DNA from: Gemmatimonadales bacterium
Lineage (GTDB): Bacteria > Gemmatimonadota > Gemmatimonadetes > Gemmatimonadales > GWC2-71-9
Direction: 5' to 3'
Length of the DNA: 64,000 nucleotides
NCBI GenBank assembly: GCA_039794085.1
Contig: JBDIWC010000002.1
Coordinates: 9,829 to 73,828 of the forward strand
Under the pieces are notes generated by a model, which saw only the letters and a list, made by a program, of their open reading frames with translations, did not search any database and was not told the DNA's origin. A program made the position numbers and the translations under genes. The number at the start of each line of letters is the position of its first letter. Within the stretch, counting starts at the first letter, position 1. Of the stretch, positions 8,478 through 18,170 are shown piece by piece.

Positions 8478-9918
8478 CGACTCGAATCCCGTAGCGCTCT
8501 GGGTTGGACACCTTGACGATGGACCGGAGGAAGGCCCCTCCCCCGGGAACCTCCTCGGCGAGATTCACGGTCACTCCGGGGGGAGGTATCACCGCCCCGT
8601 CGGGGTCGACCGTCAGGTGGACCAGGGGGCGATGCAGGAATTCCCGGTTCGGGTTGACGCTGGCCACGACACCGACTTCGAAGGTGTCGAGTACCACACA
8701 GGTCCCCACCGGATAGATCCCGATCAGGTTGATGAGTGCCTTCACGACGACCGGGTCGTACCCGCGCCGGGGATTCTCCCACATTTCCCGCAGCACCTGA
8801 TCGGGCTCGATCGGGGTGGTCTGGTACACCCGGCGGGTCGTGGCGGCATCGAACCCGTCTGCCACGGCCACGATGCGCGAATAGATCCCGAGTTCCCGAG
8901 GGCGGACATGCCGGGGATAGCCGGTGAGGTCGGTCTTCATGTGGTGCTCATGCGCCACCAGGATGGACCGGTAGGGGATTTCGTCGTATCCCCGGAGCCG
9001 GAACAGGGTCAGAGCCCCCCGCCAGGGGTGCTGTTGAATGAGGGTCCACTCGTCCTCCTCCAGCCCCCCGACCTTGTTGAGCACCTCCACCGGGATCCGC
9101 GCCTTGCCGACATCGTGCAGCAGCGCCGTCATTCCCAGATCGTAGAGTTGCAGCTTGGTCAGACCGATCTTCCGGCCGAGGGCCACCGCGAAGATGCAGA
9201 CGTTGACCGAGTGGGTGAAGGTGTACTCGTCGTAATCGCGCAGTGTGGTGAGACCGAGGATCGAGGTTTCATTGTTGAGAACCTGGTCCACGATCATCTG
9301 GACCGCCTGCTTGGCGCGCTTCAGGTTGCTGGTTCGACCGATCCGGATCGAGTTGATCACCTCCCGGGTCACGGCCACCCCATGCGAATAGGTGCGCTTG
9401 GCCTGCTCCCGGGCATGGCGCAACTCATCTGCGGCATCGGAACCGGAGGTGGCGTCCAGTTCCAGCCCACGAACCTTCGATCCCTGCAAACGCTCCAGCA
9501 GCAGTTCCTGACGACGCTCGGCCGGTTCCTGGCCCAGGGTCAGGAAGAGACTCAGCAGGACCTGCCACTCCGAGCGCTCCACCCCGGGATGGATGCGCAA
9601 GACCCCCACCTCAAAGGCTCGAAAGAGCTGCATGATGTGGGAGATCGCCGTGAAGTTGTCGAGCTCCAGGCGCAACCGTGTCGAGTTGACGAAGATGAAG
9701 TCCCCCGCGATGCGTATTTCAATCTCCCCCTCGGCGGTGAGGACCGCCTGGCATTCGCGCTGGAGGTCATCCAGCGCCTTCTGCACCGTGGTGTTTTCGA
9801 GGGGATAGAGCTTGAGGCTGCGCAGCGCGGCGTACAGGGTCAGCAGGAGGGTTCGCCCCGCCACCCGCAGAAACGCCTCATCGCCGTCCCGGTGGACCTC
9901 ACGGTCAGGTCCCGTCAT
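8461..9918 (-). CDS. HD-GYP domain c-di-GMP phosphodiesterase with uncharacterised N-terminal domain
   Basis: LHDVGK ... [12 protein letters not shown] (HD...GYP); ATG at 9918 overlaps stop of upstream gene (ATGA); ORF N-terminal extension rejected. Confidence 0.8.
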   Translation of the reverse strand: MTGPDREVHRDGDEAFLRVAGRTLLLTLYAALRSLKLYPLENTTVQKALDDLQRECQAVLTAEGEIEIRIAGDFIFVNSTRLRLELDNFTAISHIMQLFRAFEVGVLRIHPGVERSEWQVLLSLFLTLGQEPAERRQELLLERLQGSKVRGLELDATSGSDAADELRHAREQAKRTYSHGVAVTREVINSIRIGRTSNLKRAKQAVQMIVDQVLNNETSILGLTTLRDYDEYTFTHSVNVCIFAVALGRKIGLTKLQLYDLGMTALLHDVGKARIPVEVLNKVGGLEEDEWTLIQQHPWRGALTLFRLRGYDEIPYRSILVAHEHHMKTDLTGYPRHVRPRELGIYSRIVAVADGFDAATTRRVYQTTPIEPDQVLREMWENPRRGYDPVVVKALINLIGIYPVGTCVVLDTFEVGVVASVNPNREFLHRPLVHLTVDPDGAVIPPPGVTVNLAEEVPGGGAFLRSIVKVSNPERYGIRVGDYFL

Positions 9919-11612
9919 CACGCCGGCCACCCCCGCAGAATGCGGGACACGGCATTCCGCACCGACAACTCCTTGTCCCGCTCGTTGCGCTCCAGCACGG
10001 CACGCGCCTCGGGCGTGCGAATTCGTCCGAGGGCATAGACGGCGCAGGTGCGGATATCGGCGGGGGCCCGGCGGCGAATCCACCCCCGGGGTTCGAGCAC
10101 CCGGGTCAGTGCATCCAGGCCGGACGGTCCCGCCACCTCGGCGTACGCTTCGAAATACTGCAACCGTTCGGATCGTTCCAGGGTCAACCGGGACTTCCCC
10201 CGGACCACGGATTCCAGGCGAGACAGAGCCCCCTTGAAGCCCTTCTCCCGGACCACCTCCACCGCCGCGAGGCGCACCTCCCGTTCCGCATCCTCCAACG
10301 CGGGCTCCAGCGCGCCGAGTGCCCCGGGCGACCCGATCTGTCCCAGGGAGGTCACTGCGGCGGCGCGCAGCGGGGGCTCGGGGGCGCTGAGGAGGTCGGC
10401 CAGGCCGGGGACTGCGGCCTGAAGCTGCAGGCGCCCGCAGAGCTGCACCAGCGCAAGTCGCGCAGGGGAGTCGGGGACCCGCAAGAGCCGCAGCACTCCT
10501 TCGGTATCCGTGGCCGCCAGCCGGTCCGCCGCCGCCTCCAGGATCCGTTTCACCTCCTCGTCGGCCATGGTCGGAAGGCCGGCAAGGATCGGCTCCAGAG
10601 CCGGGGGACGCAGGACGCCTATCAAATCCACGATTCCACCCTCTGCCAGGGAACTGCCCGACTCATCCATGGCCTGGACCAGCTGAGTCACGATGGCGGG
10701 AGAACTCAGCTGCACCTCGAATCCCTCCAGACGCTGATGGAGGTCGGGCTGCAGGTTGCTCGCTCTCTTCCGTGCGACCTGGAATTCCCGAAGCAGTCGG
10801 GCGACGGCGGAGAACTGTCCCTGCGTGAGCAGATTCGGGAAGAGGGTGTCGAAGATCTCGATCGCCTCCCGTCGCGCCTCGAGCCCCTCCTGGAGTTCCA
10901 GGATGTCGAGGACGATGTCGAGGGCACTGCTCCGGATGTCCCGGGAGTACTCCTGGGCCACCTGTCGGCGCAACGCCTGCACCTCTCCATCGTCCAGGAA
11001 GTACAGGGTGCTGTCGAACTCGTCGAGGTCCACCACACCGGGAACCCGGGCCGGAGGAGCCGGATCCTGCCGCACCCGCTCCCGAACCTCCTCCGGAGCG
11101 GCGACCGCCTCGAGGTCGAGGGCCTGGGGGTCGAGGACCCCCATGTCGGTGACCACCTCCGCAAAATGGTAGGAGAGGAACTCGAAGTCCTGTTCCCAGA
11201 GCAGGGTGAGGAGGTCGTCTCCGGCATCCGCCGCCAACACCCGCGCCCGTCCGACCAGATTCAAGAAGGTGAAGATCTCCTTCTCCTCCACCCCGCGCCG
11301 GAGGGTCAGGTGACGCATGCCATCCTTGTACAGGCTCCAGGCAAAGCTCTCCGATCGGGTGGATTGGCTGTACACCAGGTCACCGTCCCAGAACATGTCG
11401 GTCTCGACGATCGTGAGCGCGACTTCGTCGGCCACCTCCCAGACCGGGACGAAGGCCTCCTGGAGGGTCTCCCGGGCCCGCTGGAACATCGGGTTGTTGG
11501 GAAGGTACATCTGGAACGCCCGGGCCGATTTCCAGATGGTCCGCAACAGGTCGCCAACGGAAGCGCACCCCGGTGCCTCGGCCCCCCCACCCAGCACGAC
11601 CGGGTCGGTCAT
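9918..11612 (-). CDS. HEAT/PBS-lyase-like repeat protein with unknown N-terminal domain
   Basis: C-terminal repeated AxxALGxIGxPxAxxxLxxxLxDxxxxVRxxA HEAT-like units; start taken at ATG 11612 (MTDPVV) because upstream extension is low-complexity and overlaps lexA. Confidence 0.55.
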   Translation of the reverse strand: MTDPVVLGGGAEAPGCASVGDLLRTIWKSARAFQMYLPNNPMFQRARETLQEAFVPVWEVADEVALTIVETDMFWDGDLVYSQSTRSESFAWSLYKDGMRHLTLRRGVEEKEIFTFLNLVGRARVLAADAGDDLLTLLWEQDFEFLSYHFAEVVTDMGVLDPQALDLEAVAAPEEVRERVRQDPAPPARVPGVVDLDEFDSTLYFLDDGEVQALRRQVAQEYSRDIRSSALDIVLDILELQEGLEARREAIEIFDTLFPNLLTQGQFSAVARLLREFQVARKRASNLQPDLHQRLEGFEVQLSSPAIVTQLVQAMDESGSSLAEGGIVDLIGVLRPPALEPILAGLPTMADEEVKRILEAAADRLAATDTEGVLRLLRVPDSPARLALVQLCGRLQLQAAVPGLADLLSAPEPPLRAAAVTSLGQIGSPGALGALEPALEDAEREVRLAAVEVVREKGFKGALSRLESVVRGKSRLTLERSERLQYFEAYAEVAGPSGLDALTRVLEPRGWIRRRAPADIRTCAVYALGRIRTPEARAVLERNERDKELSVRNAVSRILRGWPA

Positions 11613-11880
11613 GAGGTCGACGGCCCCATCCGGGGGAAGGGGCGGAGACACCGGGGGAGGATGGACAGGATCACAGGCGCACGCTCGCTTGCCCGTTGAT
11701 GGCGGAAATGGTGCCCCGGGCCGTCGCCTCGGGGGGCTGAACAAACTGCGAGCATTCAAGTTAGTCATGACGGGACAGGAAAAACACCACCTCCGGCCCT
11801 CCGAATGTCCCCTCTTGCGCTTCGGCTTGCATTCGGTAACTTGGAGAGTGAGATTTCGGCACTTCTTCGGGAGGGAGACC

Positions 11881-12489
11881 ATGCCCCTGACCAAACGCCA
11901 GCGAGAAATCCTTTCCTATCTGGAGGGGTACATCGGAGAGCACGGCTATGCCCCGAGCTTCGAGGAAATCGCAGGCCAGTTCACTTTCCAGTCCCTCGCC
12001 ACCGTCCACGAGCATTTGAGCAACCTCGAGCGGAAGGGTGTGATTCGCCGCTCCTACAACGAGAGCCGGTCGATTGAAATCGTCCCGCCCGCGGGAACGT
12101 CCGGCGCCTCGGAGATCCCTCTGCTCGGAACGGTCGCCGCGGGACTTCCGATCGAGTCGCTCGTCCACCAGGAAACTCTTGCCGTCCCCGATGACATGCT
12201 TCCCCGCCGTGGCCCCAATTTCGCCCTCCGGGTCAGCGGCAACTCCATGATCGATGATCACATCCTCGACGGGGATTGCGTCGTGGTCCACGGTCGGCAG
12301 ACGGCCGAAAATGGTGAGATGGTGATCGCGCTCGTCAACGGTGCGGAGGCCACCGTGAAGAAGTTCTATCGCGAGCCGGGTGGATGGATCCGGCTCCAGC
12401 CCGCCAACGCCGCCATGGTCCCCCTCCGGTTCCAGGAGCAGGATGTCATCATCCAGGGAGTGGTGGTCGGGGTGATCCGTCGTTTCTAG
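11881..12489 (+). CDS. lexA: LexA repressor
   Basis: N-terminal wHTH MPLTKRQREILSYL, cleavage-site AG (VAAG), Ser/Lys peptidase S24 domain GNSM...VKKF; 202 aa. Confidence 0.9.
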   Translation: MPLTKRQREILSYLEGYIGEHGYAPSFEEIAGQFTFQSLATVHEHLSNLERKGVIRRSYNESRSIEIVPPAGTSGASEIPLLGTVAAGLPIESLVHQETLAVPDDMLPRRGPNFALRVSGNSMIDDHILDGDCVVVHGRQTAENGEMVIALVNGAEATVKKFYREPGGWIRLQPANAAMVPLRFQEQDVIIQGVVVGVIRRF

Positions 12490-12595
12490 AGCAGGGAGTA
12501 GTCCCTTACGGACAGGATTGAACGCGAAACTCGAACAATATTTGGGGCGACGCCCGACCCCCCCGTCAGACCCGTCGATCGCCCCGGCCGCGCCG

Positions 12596-12850
12596 TGCGA
12601 GGGGGAGGGCCACACAAAGCACAGAAGTCACAAGAGGCACAACCTCGGGGCGCATGGGGGCCCCCCTGGGGCGAGAGAGGTTTCTGTGCCTTTTGTGCTT
12701 CTTGTGGTTGGCTCTGGGGGCGGGGAGAGGGCTCCGGAGGGACAGGAACCCATGCCGAAGAAAACCCACGCGAAACCCCGAGGTGCCTCTGTGGTTCCGG
12801 CTCGGCCAGCTTGGGGAGTAGGGAAGGGGGAGTAGGGGAATGGGGATGGA
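12596..12850. repeat. repeat element, CACAAA variant: CACAAAGCACAGAAGTCACAAGAGGCACAACC ... GGTTTCTGTGCCTTTTGTGCTTCTTGTGG, then GGGAGTAGGG (reverse CCCTACTCCC) motifs
   Basis: inverted arms around a GC-rich palindromic loop; gggagtagggaagggggagtagggg at about 12815-12842. Confidence 0.7.
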
Positions 12851-12993
12851 GCACCCCTGGGCTCGCCGGGCTCCAGCCCGGCACGCACCGAGGTTCCAAG
12901 GCCGTCGTCGATCTGATCATGGTGTCCCTGAATGAGCCGATCTGCCTGATTCCCCTGCTTGTACCGGGCCCCCCCAACGGCTAGATTCCGCCC

Positions 12994-13779
12994 GTGATCG
13001 GACGCACAGTCCACCTGCTCCTGCACTTCGACGGCACCGGTTTCCATGGATGGCAGCGCCAGAGTGCTGATCGCACCGTCCAGGGGGAACTGGAGGCCGT
13101 CCTTCGTCGGTTGTGCGGTCACCGGATCGTGGTTCACGGAGCGGGCCGGACCGATGCCGGGGTCCATGCGATCGGAATGAGCGCGAGCTGCACCGTGCCC
13201 GAGCGCTGGACCCCTCCGGATTTGTGCCGTGCGCTCAACGCTCTCCTGCCCCCGGATTGCTGGGTGGTGTCGGCCACGGAAGCCATCTCCGGTTTTCACG
13301 CGCGGCGCTCGGCCACGGAGCGGGAGTACCGGTACGACGTCGGGATCACTCCAGGCTGCCGTTCGCCCTTTCGGAGGCGATACGAGTGGCCCCTCGCGAT
13401 CCCCCTCGACCGGACGGCCCTCGACATGGCGGCGCACATGATGCTCGGTGACCACGATTTCCGGAGCCTGGCGGTCCGCACCGCGGATCGGAGCGACACC
13501 CGGTGCCGGGTGCGCGTGGCCCGATGGGAGAGCCGGGGCCCGGGGACCGACCTCCGTTTCCACATCGCCGCCAACCGATTTCTGCACCACATGGTGCGGA
13601 TCCTGGTGGGAACCATGGTGGAGATCGGACGGGGCCGACGCCCTCCGGAGGACCTCGCGGCACTTCTGGAACGGCGTCCCGAGGTGCGTGCCGCGGCCCC
13701 GGCGCCCCCGGGGGGACTCTTTTTCGTGACGGCGCGGTATCCGTCTCACTGGTTCCCCCACCTGGGTCACCCGGCATGA
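12994..13779 (+). CDS. truA: tRNA pseudouridine(38-40) synthase
   Basis: HFDGTGFHGWQRQ, catalytic GAGRTDAGVHA, FLHHMVR motifs. Confidence 0.85.
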   Translation: MIGRTVHLLLHFDGTGFHGWQRQSADRTVQGELEAVLRRLCGHRIVVHGAGRTDAGVHAIGMSASCTVPERWTPPDLCRALNALLPPDCWVVSATEAISGFHARRSATEREYRYDVGITPGCRSPFRRRYEWPLAIPLDRTALDMAAHMMLGDHDFRSLAVRTADRSDTRCRVRVARWESRGPGTDLRFHIAANRFLHHMVRILVGTMVEIGRGRRPPEDLAALLERRPEVRAAAPAPPGGLFFVTARYPSHWFPHLGHPA

Positions 13780-15194
13780 CCTCCTCCCCATTCCTCCTGC
13801 GCACGGTGCCCCTGGTTGTCGTGCTCCTGGGATGCAGCCACGATCCCCACACCGGGGACCTGGTGCGCGGCATGCAGGCCCAGCGGGGGGCCTCTCCCGT
13901 CCCCTCGCTGGATGGGTCCCGGCGCACGGCGATCGTGGAGGCCGCCGCCCGGGTGGGACCGTCGGTGGTGTCCCTCCATGTGGCCTCCCGGCGCCGTGTC
14001 ACCAGTGCCCCCGGCCCGTTCGATTTCTTTTTTGTGCCGCGGCAGTCGGAACAGGTCGTGGAGAGTTACGGTACCGGGTTCCTGATCCGCTCCGACGGCA
14101 TCGTCGTCACGAACCAGCACGTCGTGGCCGGCGCGGAAACCATCACGGTCTCTCTCCCCAACAACACCGAGGTCGAGGGAACCCTTCTCGGGGAGGACCC
14201 CACCACCGACATCGCGGTGGTCCGTATCCCGGGGCGGGGGTATCCCGTCCCCCCGATCGGGAGGAGCACGGATCTGATGATCGGGGAATGGGTCATCGCT
14301 CTCGGCAATCCCTATACCTATCTGCTCGGCAACGCCGAACCGACCGTGACGGCGGGCGTGGTCAGCGCCACGGGGCGCAACATCCTTCCCAGCGGTGACC
14401 AGCCGGGCATGTACCTCGACATGATCCAGACCGATGCGGCCATCAACCCCGGCAACTCGGGGGGGCCGCTGGCCAACGCGTCCGGCGAGGTGGTCGGGCT
14501 CGCATCCTCCATCTTCACGAGCGGAGGCGGATCGATCGGGCTCGGGTTCGCCATTCCGGTGGAGCGGGTCCTGCGCGTCGCCGAGGACATCATCCGCAAT
14601 GGCACGGTACGCCGTGCCTGGACGGGTCTGGACGTGGCCGGAGCGAGCGCCATGCGGGACTGGAAGAGCCGGGGCGGCGTGTCCGTGACCCGGGTGGCCC
14701 CCGGAGGACCGGCCGCGCGTGCCGGACTCGGTGAGGGCGCCGTGCTGGTGGAGGCCAACGGACGCCCGCTGCGCAACTACCTCGACTGGGAGGCCGTGAA
14801 GCTCGATCTGCGCGTGGGCGACACGATCTCCCTCCGCTACCGCGGCCCCCGGGGAGCACGAACGGTCCGGATCGTCACCGGGGATCTTCCCACCGTCACC
14901 GCCGAGAAGATCTCCGTGCTCCGGGGTCTCGAACTGGTCACCGTGACCCCCGCAGTTCAGGCCGAGCGCGGCCTGCGATCCGCCCGAGGTGCCCTGGTAT
15001 TCCGCCTCCCCCGGGAGGTGGCTGAGGCCACCGGACTTCGCGAGGGTGACGTGATCGTGGCGGTGAACCGGACGGTGATCACCTCGGCTGCTCAGGTGGG
15101 GCCGATCTTCGAGTCGATGAGGCGGCGACAACTCTTCCGGATCACGTTCGAGCGGGATGGACAATTCATCTTCACCGACCTCGAGTTTCGATGA
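13776..15194 (+). CDS. htrA: HtrA/DegP-family serine protease with two PDZ domains, lipoprotein signal
   Basis: lipobox VVLLGCS; catalytic TNQHVV (His), DIAVV (Asp), GNSGGPL (Ser); ATG 13776 overlaps truA TGA (ATGA). Confidence 0.85.
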   Translation: MTSSPFLLRTVPLVVVLLGCSHDPHTGDLVRGMQAQRGASPVPSLDGSRRTAIVEAAARVGPSVVSLHVASRRRVTSAPGPFDFFFVPRQSEQVVESYGTGFLIRSDGIVVTNQHVVAGAETITVSLPNNTEVEGTLLGEDPTTDIAVVRIPGRGYPVPPIGRSTDLMIGEWVIALGNPYTYLLGNAEPTVTAGVVSATGRNILPSGDQPGMYLDMIQTDAAINPGNSGGPLANASGEVVGLASSIFTSGGGSIGLGFAIPVERVLRVAEDIIRNGTVRRAWTGLDVAGASAMRDWKSRGGVSVTRVAPGGPAARAGLGEGAVLVEANGRPLRNYLDWEAVKLDLRVGDTISLRYRGPRGARTVRIVTGDLPTVTAEKISVLRGLELVTVTPAVQAERGLRSARGALVFRLPREVAEATGLREGDVIVAVNRTVITSAAQVGPIFESMRRRQLFRITFERDGQFIFTDLEFR

Positions 15195-16633
15195 GCGACA
15201 CCACGCGGTATCAGACCCCCCTCTCCACCCGCTACGCATCGCCGCAGATGCAGGCCTTGTGGGGGGCGCAGCACCGCGCCGGCCTCTGGCGCCGGATCTG
15301 GCTCGCACTGATGGAGGCCCAACGCGAACTGGGACTCGACATTCCCGCCGAGGCGATCGACGACCTCCGCGCGCATCTTGACGACGCCGACCTCGCGGTG
15401 GCCGCCGACTATGAGCGCCGATTTCGCCACGATGTGATGGCTCACATCCACGCCGTGGGTGACCGGGCCCCTCGCGCACGACCCTACCTGCACCTGGGTG
15501 CCACCAGCGCCTTCATCACCGACAACGCCGACCTCCTGGTCCTCCGGGATGGGCTCCAACTCCTGCTCGGCCGGACCCTCGCGCTTCTCGACACCCTGGC
15601 CCGGCAGGCCCGCGCCCATGCGGACCTCCCCTGCCTGGCCTACACCCACTTCCAGCCGGCCCAGCTCACCACCGTGGGCAAGCGGATGACGCTCTGGGCC
15701 CAGGATTTCGCCCTCGACGTGGAGGAGCTGCTCCACCGCCTCGCCACACTGCGGGCCCGCGGGTGCAAGGGCACGACGGGAACCCAGGCGTCGTTTCTCG
15801 AGCTCTTCGGAGGGGACCACGAGCGGGTCCGTGCCCTGGACCGCCTGATCAGTGACCGCCTCGGGTTTGCGGCGGCCTTTGCCGTCACCGGGCAGACCTA
15901 CCCCCGCAAGGTGGACGCGATGGTCCTCGATGCGTTGAGCGGTCTCGCCCAGTCCGCCGCCAAGATGGCGGTGGATCTGCGGCTGTTGCAGCACGAAGGC
16001 GAGATCCTGGAGCCCTTCGAATCCGACCAGATCGGGTCCAGTGCCATGGCCTACAAGCGCAATCCGATGCGGGCCGAACGCATCGGGGCGCTCGCGCGCT
16101 TCGTCATGGCGCTCCAGGCCAACGGAGCACAGACCGCAGCCACCCAGTGGCTCGAGCGCACCCTGGACGACAGCGCCAACCGCCGCATGACCCTGCCCGA
16201 GGCGTTTCTCGGGGTCGATGCCCTCCTGCTCCTCGCCAACAACGTGGCCTGGGGGTTGGAGGTCAGGGCCCCGGTCATCGCCCGGCATGTGGAGGCCCAG
16301 ATGCCTTTTATGGCCACCGAGCGCTGGCTCATGCTGGCCACGGCCCGAGGCGGGGACCGGCAGACTCTGCACGAGGTCATTCGCACCCACAGCATGGCCA
16401 CCGCGACCGCGGTGGCTGCCGGGTCTCCCAATGACCTCCTGGAGCGCCTGGCGGCGGATCCCGCGTTCTCGTCGATCCCCGCGGATCAGCTCCGGGCCGA
16501 ACTCGACCCCCGCCGGTATGTGGGCCGCGCACCGGAACAGGTGACCGAGTTCCTGGAGGAACATCTCGCGCCGCTCCTGCGGCGCGCCCGGCCTCTCGCC
16601 ACCGCACTCACGGCCGCGGAGATCCGCGTATGA
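15191..16633 (+). CDS. purB: adenylosuccinate lyase
   Basis: fumarate-lyase signature GSSAMAYKRNPMRAE; 480 aa; ATGA overlap with htrA. Confidence 0.9.
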   Translation: MSDTTRYQTPLSTRYASPQMQALWGAQHRAGLWRRIWLALMEAQRELGLDIPAEAIDDLRAHLDDADLAVAADYERRFRHDVMAHIHAVGDRAPRARPYLHLGATSAFITDNADLLVLRDGLQLLLGRTLALLDTLARQARAHADLPCLAYTHFQPAQLTTVGKRMTLWAQDFALDVEELLHRLATLRARGCKGTTGTQASFLELFGGDHERVRALDRLISDRLGFAAAFAVTGQTYPRKVDAMVLDALSGLAQSAAKMAVDLRLLQHEGEILEPFESDQIGSSAMAYKRNPMRAERIGALARFVMALQANGAQTAATQWLERTLDDSANRRMTLPEAFLGVDALLLLANNVAWGLEVRAPVIARHVEAQMPFMATERWLMLATARGGDRQTLHEVIRTHSMATATAVAAGSPNDLLERLAADPAFSSIPADQLRAELDPRRYVGRAPEQVTEFLEEHLAPLLRRARPLATALTAAEIRV

Positions 16634-17544
16634 CCGGCCTGCGGAGCACCACGCTCCCGCTTCCCCTCTGCAGGCGGGGGAAGGTCCGGGAGGTCTATGA
16701 GGTCGACGCGGAACACCTCCTGCTCGTGGCCAGCGACCGGGTCAGCGCCTTCGACGTCGTCATGACCGAGCCGGTCCCGCGCAAGGGCGAGGTGCTCACC
16801 CAGATCTCCGCGTTCTGGTTCCGTCGCCTCGCCTCGCTGGGACCCACCCACTTCCTGACGGCCGACTGGCGGGAGATCGTGGACCGGATTCCCGCCCTCG
16901 CCTCTCATCCCGAGGGCGCGGGACGGTCGACGCTGGTCCGGCGCACGACTCCGGTCCCCTTCGAGTGCGTCGTGCGGGGCTACCTGTCGGGATCGGCCTG
17001 GGCGGAGTATGCCGCCCACGGCACCTTGGCCGGGGAACCGATGCCGCCGGGCCTCCCGGAAGCCGCCCGTCTCGACCCCCCGATCTTCTCACCGGCGACC
17101 AAGGCGGAAACCGGACATGATGAAAACGTGCCCTTCTCCCGGGTACGGGCTGCCCTCGGGACAGTCGCGGATCGGCTTCGGGAGCGGAGCCTGGCTCTTT
17201 TTCGGGCCGCGTCGGCCCATGCGCGCACTGTGGGCCTGATCCTGGCCGACACCAAATTCGAGTTCGGACACGACAGCAGCGGAGAGCTGGTGCTCATCGA
17301 CGAGATCCTGACTCCCGACAGCTCCCGGTTCTGGCCTCTCGAACCGGGAGAGGCAGCGGCCCACCGATCGGGATTCGACAAGCAGCCCCTGCGGGACCAC
17401 CTGGCCCGGATGAAGGCGTCCGGCGCCTGGAATGGAGACCCCCCGCCCCCTCCCCTTTCTCCCGACGTGATCACCGCGATGACAACCCGCTACCTCGACG
17501 TGTATCATCGTCTGACCGGGGTCCCCCTGCCCGAGGTATCCTGA
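16630..17544 (+). CDS. purC: phosphoribosylaminoimidazole-succinocarboxamide (SAICAR) synthase
   Basis: GKVREVYEV, DRVSAFD, LADTKFEFG motifs. Confidence 0.9.
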   Translation: MTGLRSTTLPLPLCRRGKVREVYEVDAEHLLLVASDRVSAFDVVMTEPVPRKGEVLTQISAFWFRRLASLGPTHFLTADWREIVDRIPALASHPEGAGRSTLVRRTTPVPFECVVRGYLSGSAWAEYAAHGTLAGEPMPPGLPEAARLDPPIFSPATKAETGHDENVPFSRVRAALGTVADRLRERSLALFRAASAHARTVGLILADTKFEFGHDSSGELVLIDEILTPDSSRFWPLEPGEAAAHRSGFDKQPLRDHLARMKASGAWNGDPPPPPLSPDVITAMTTRYLDVYHRLTGVPLPEVS

Positions 17545-18170
17545 TGCGCATCGCTCCCGAGGGATGGCCGTTCATCGGCATGGCGGCCGGCCTCCTGGCC
17601 CTCCTCGCGCTGGTCGCGCCGTGGTGGGTTCCCCTCCTCTGGCTCCCGGTGGCCGTCTGGGTGGTGGCCTTCTTCCGCGACCCGCCACGCGACACGGTGC
17701 GCGGGGACCGATTGATCCTGGCCCCGGCCGATGGCCGAATCGTCAGCATCATCCCGATCGATGAACCCGAGTTTCTCGGAGGCCCGGCCACCCGGGTGTC
17801 GATCTTCATGAACGTGTTCAACGTCCACGTGAACCGGTATCCCTGCGAGGGGACCGTCGCCCACCGGGCCTATCACCCCGGCCGCTTCCTGAACGCGGCC
17901 TCGGAAAAGGCGAGCCGGGAGAACGAGCAGGCGACGATCGGACTGGACACGGCCCGGGGACGGATCCTCCTCCGGCAGATCGCCGGGCTGGTCGCGCGCC
18001 GCATCGTGACCGATCACGGCCCGGGGACCCCCGTGACCCAGGGGAGCCGGCTCGGCCTGATCCGGTTCGGATCCCGGGTCGATGTGTTCCTTCCTCCCGG
18101 GGTCACCGTGCGGGTCGCGCTGGGCGATCGCACGCGGGCCGCCGACACCGTTCTGGCGGAGTGGTCATGA
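17544..18170 (+). CDS. psd: phosphatidylserine decarboxylase family protein (short PSD-like form)
   Basis: N-terminal TM, FMNVFNVHVNRYP, LIRFGSRVDVFLP (GS-containing pyruvoyl-site region); TGATG overlap with purC. Confidence 0.7.
   Translation: MRIAPEGWPFIGMAAGLLALLALVAPWWVPLLWLPVAVWVVAFFRDPPRDTVRGDRLILAPADGRIVSIIPIDEPEFLGGPATRVSIFMNVFNVHVNRYPCEGTVAHRAYHPGRFLNAASEKASRENEQATIGLDTARGRILLRQIAGLVARRIVTDHGPGTPVTQGSRLGLIRFGSRVDVFLPPGVTVRVALGDRTRAADTVLAEWS

Noticed and set aside
11317-11880. Upstream extension of lexA ORF (390 aa) and of HEAT ORF to 11894
   Set aside because: LexA aligns full-length from MPLTKRQ at 11881; extensions are low-complexity and mutually overlapping.
13503-13775. N-terminal 91-aa extension of the htrA ORF
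   Set aside because: Overlaps truA in another frame, Gly/Pro-rich junk; true start is ATG 13776 with lipoprotein signal and ATGA coupling.
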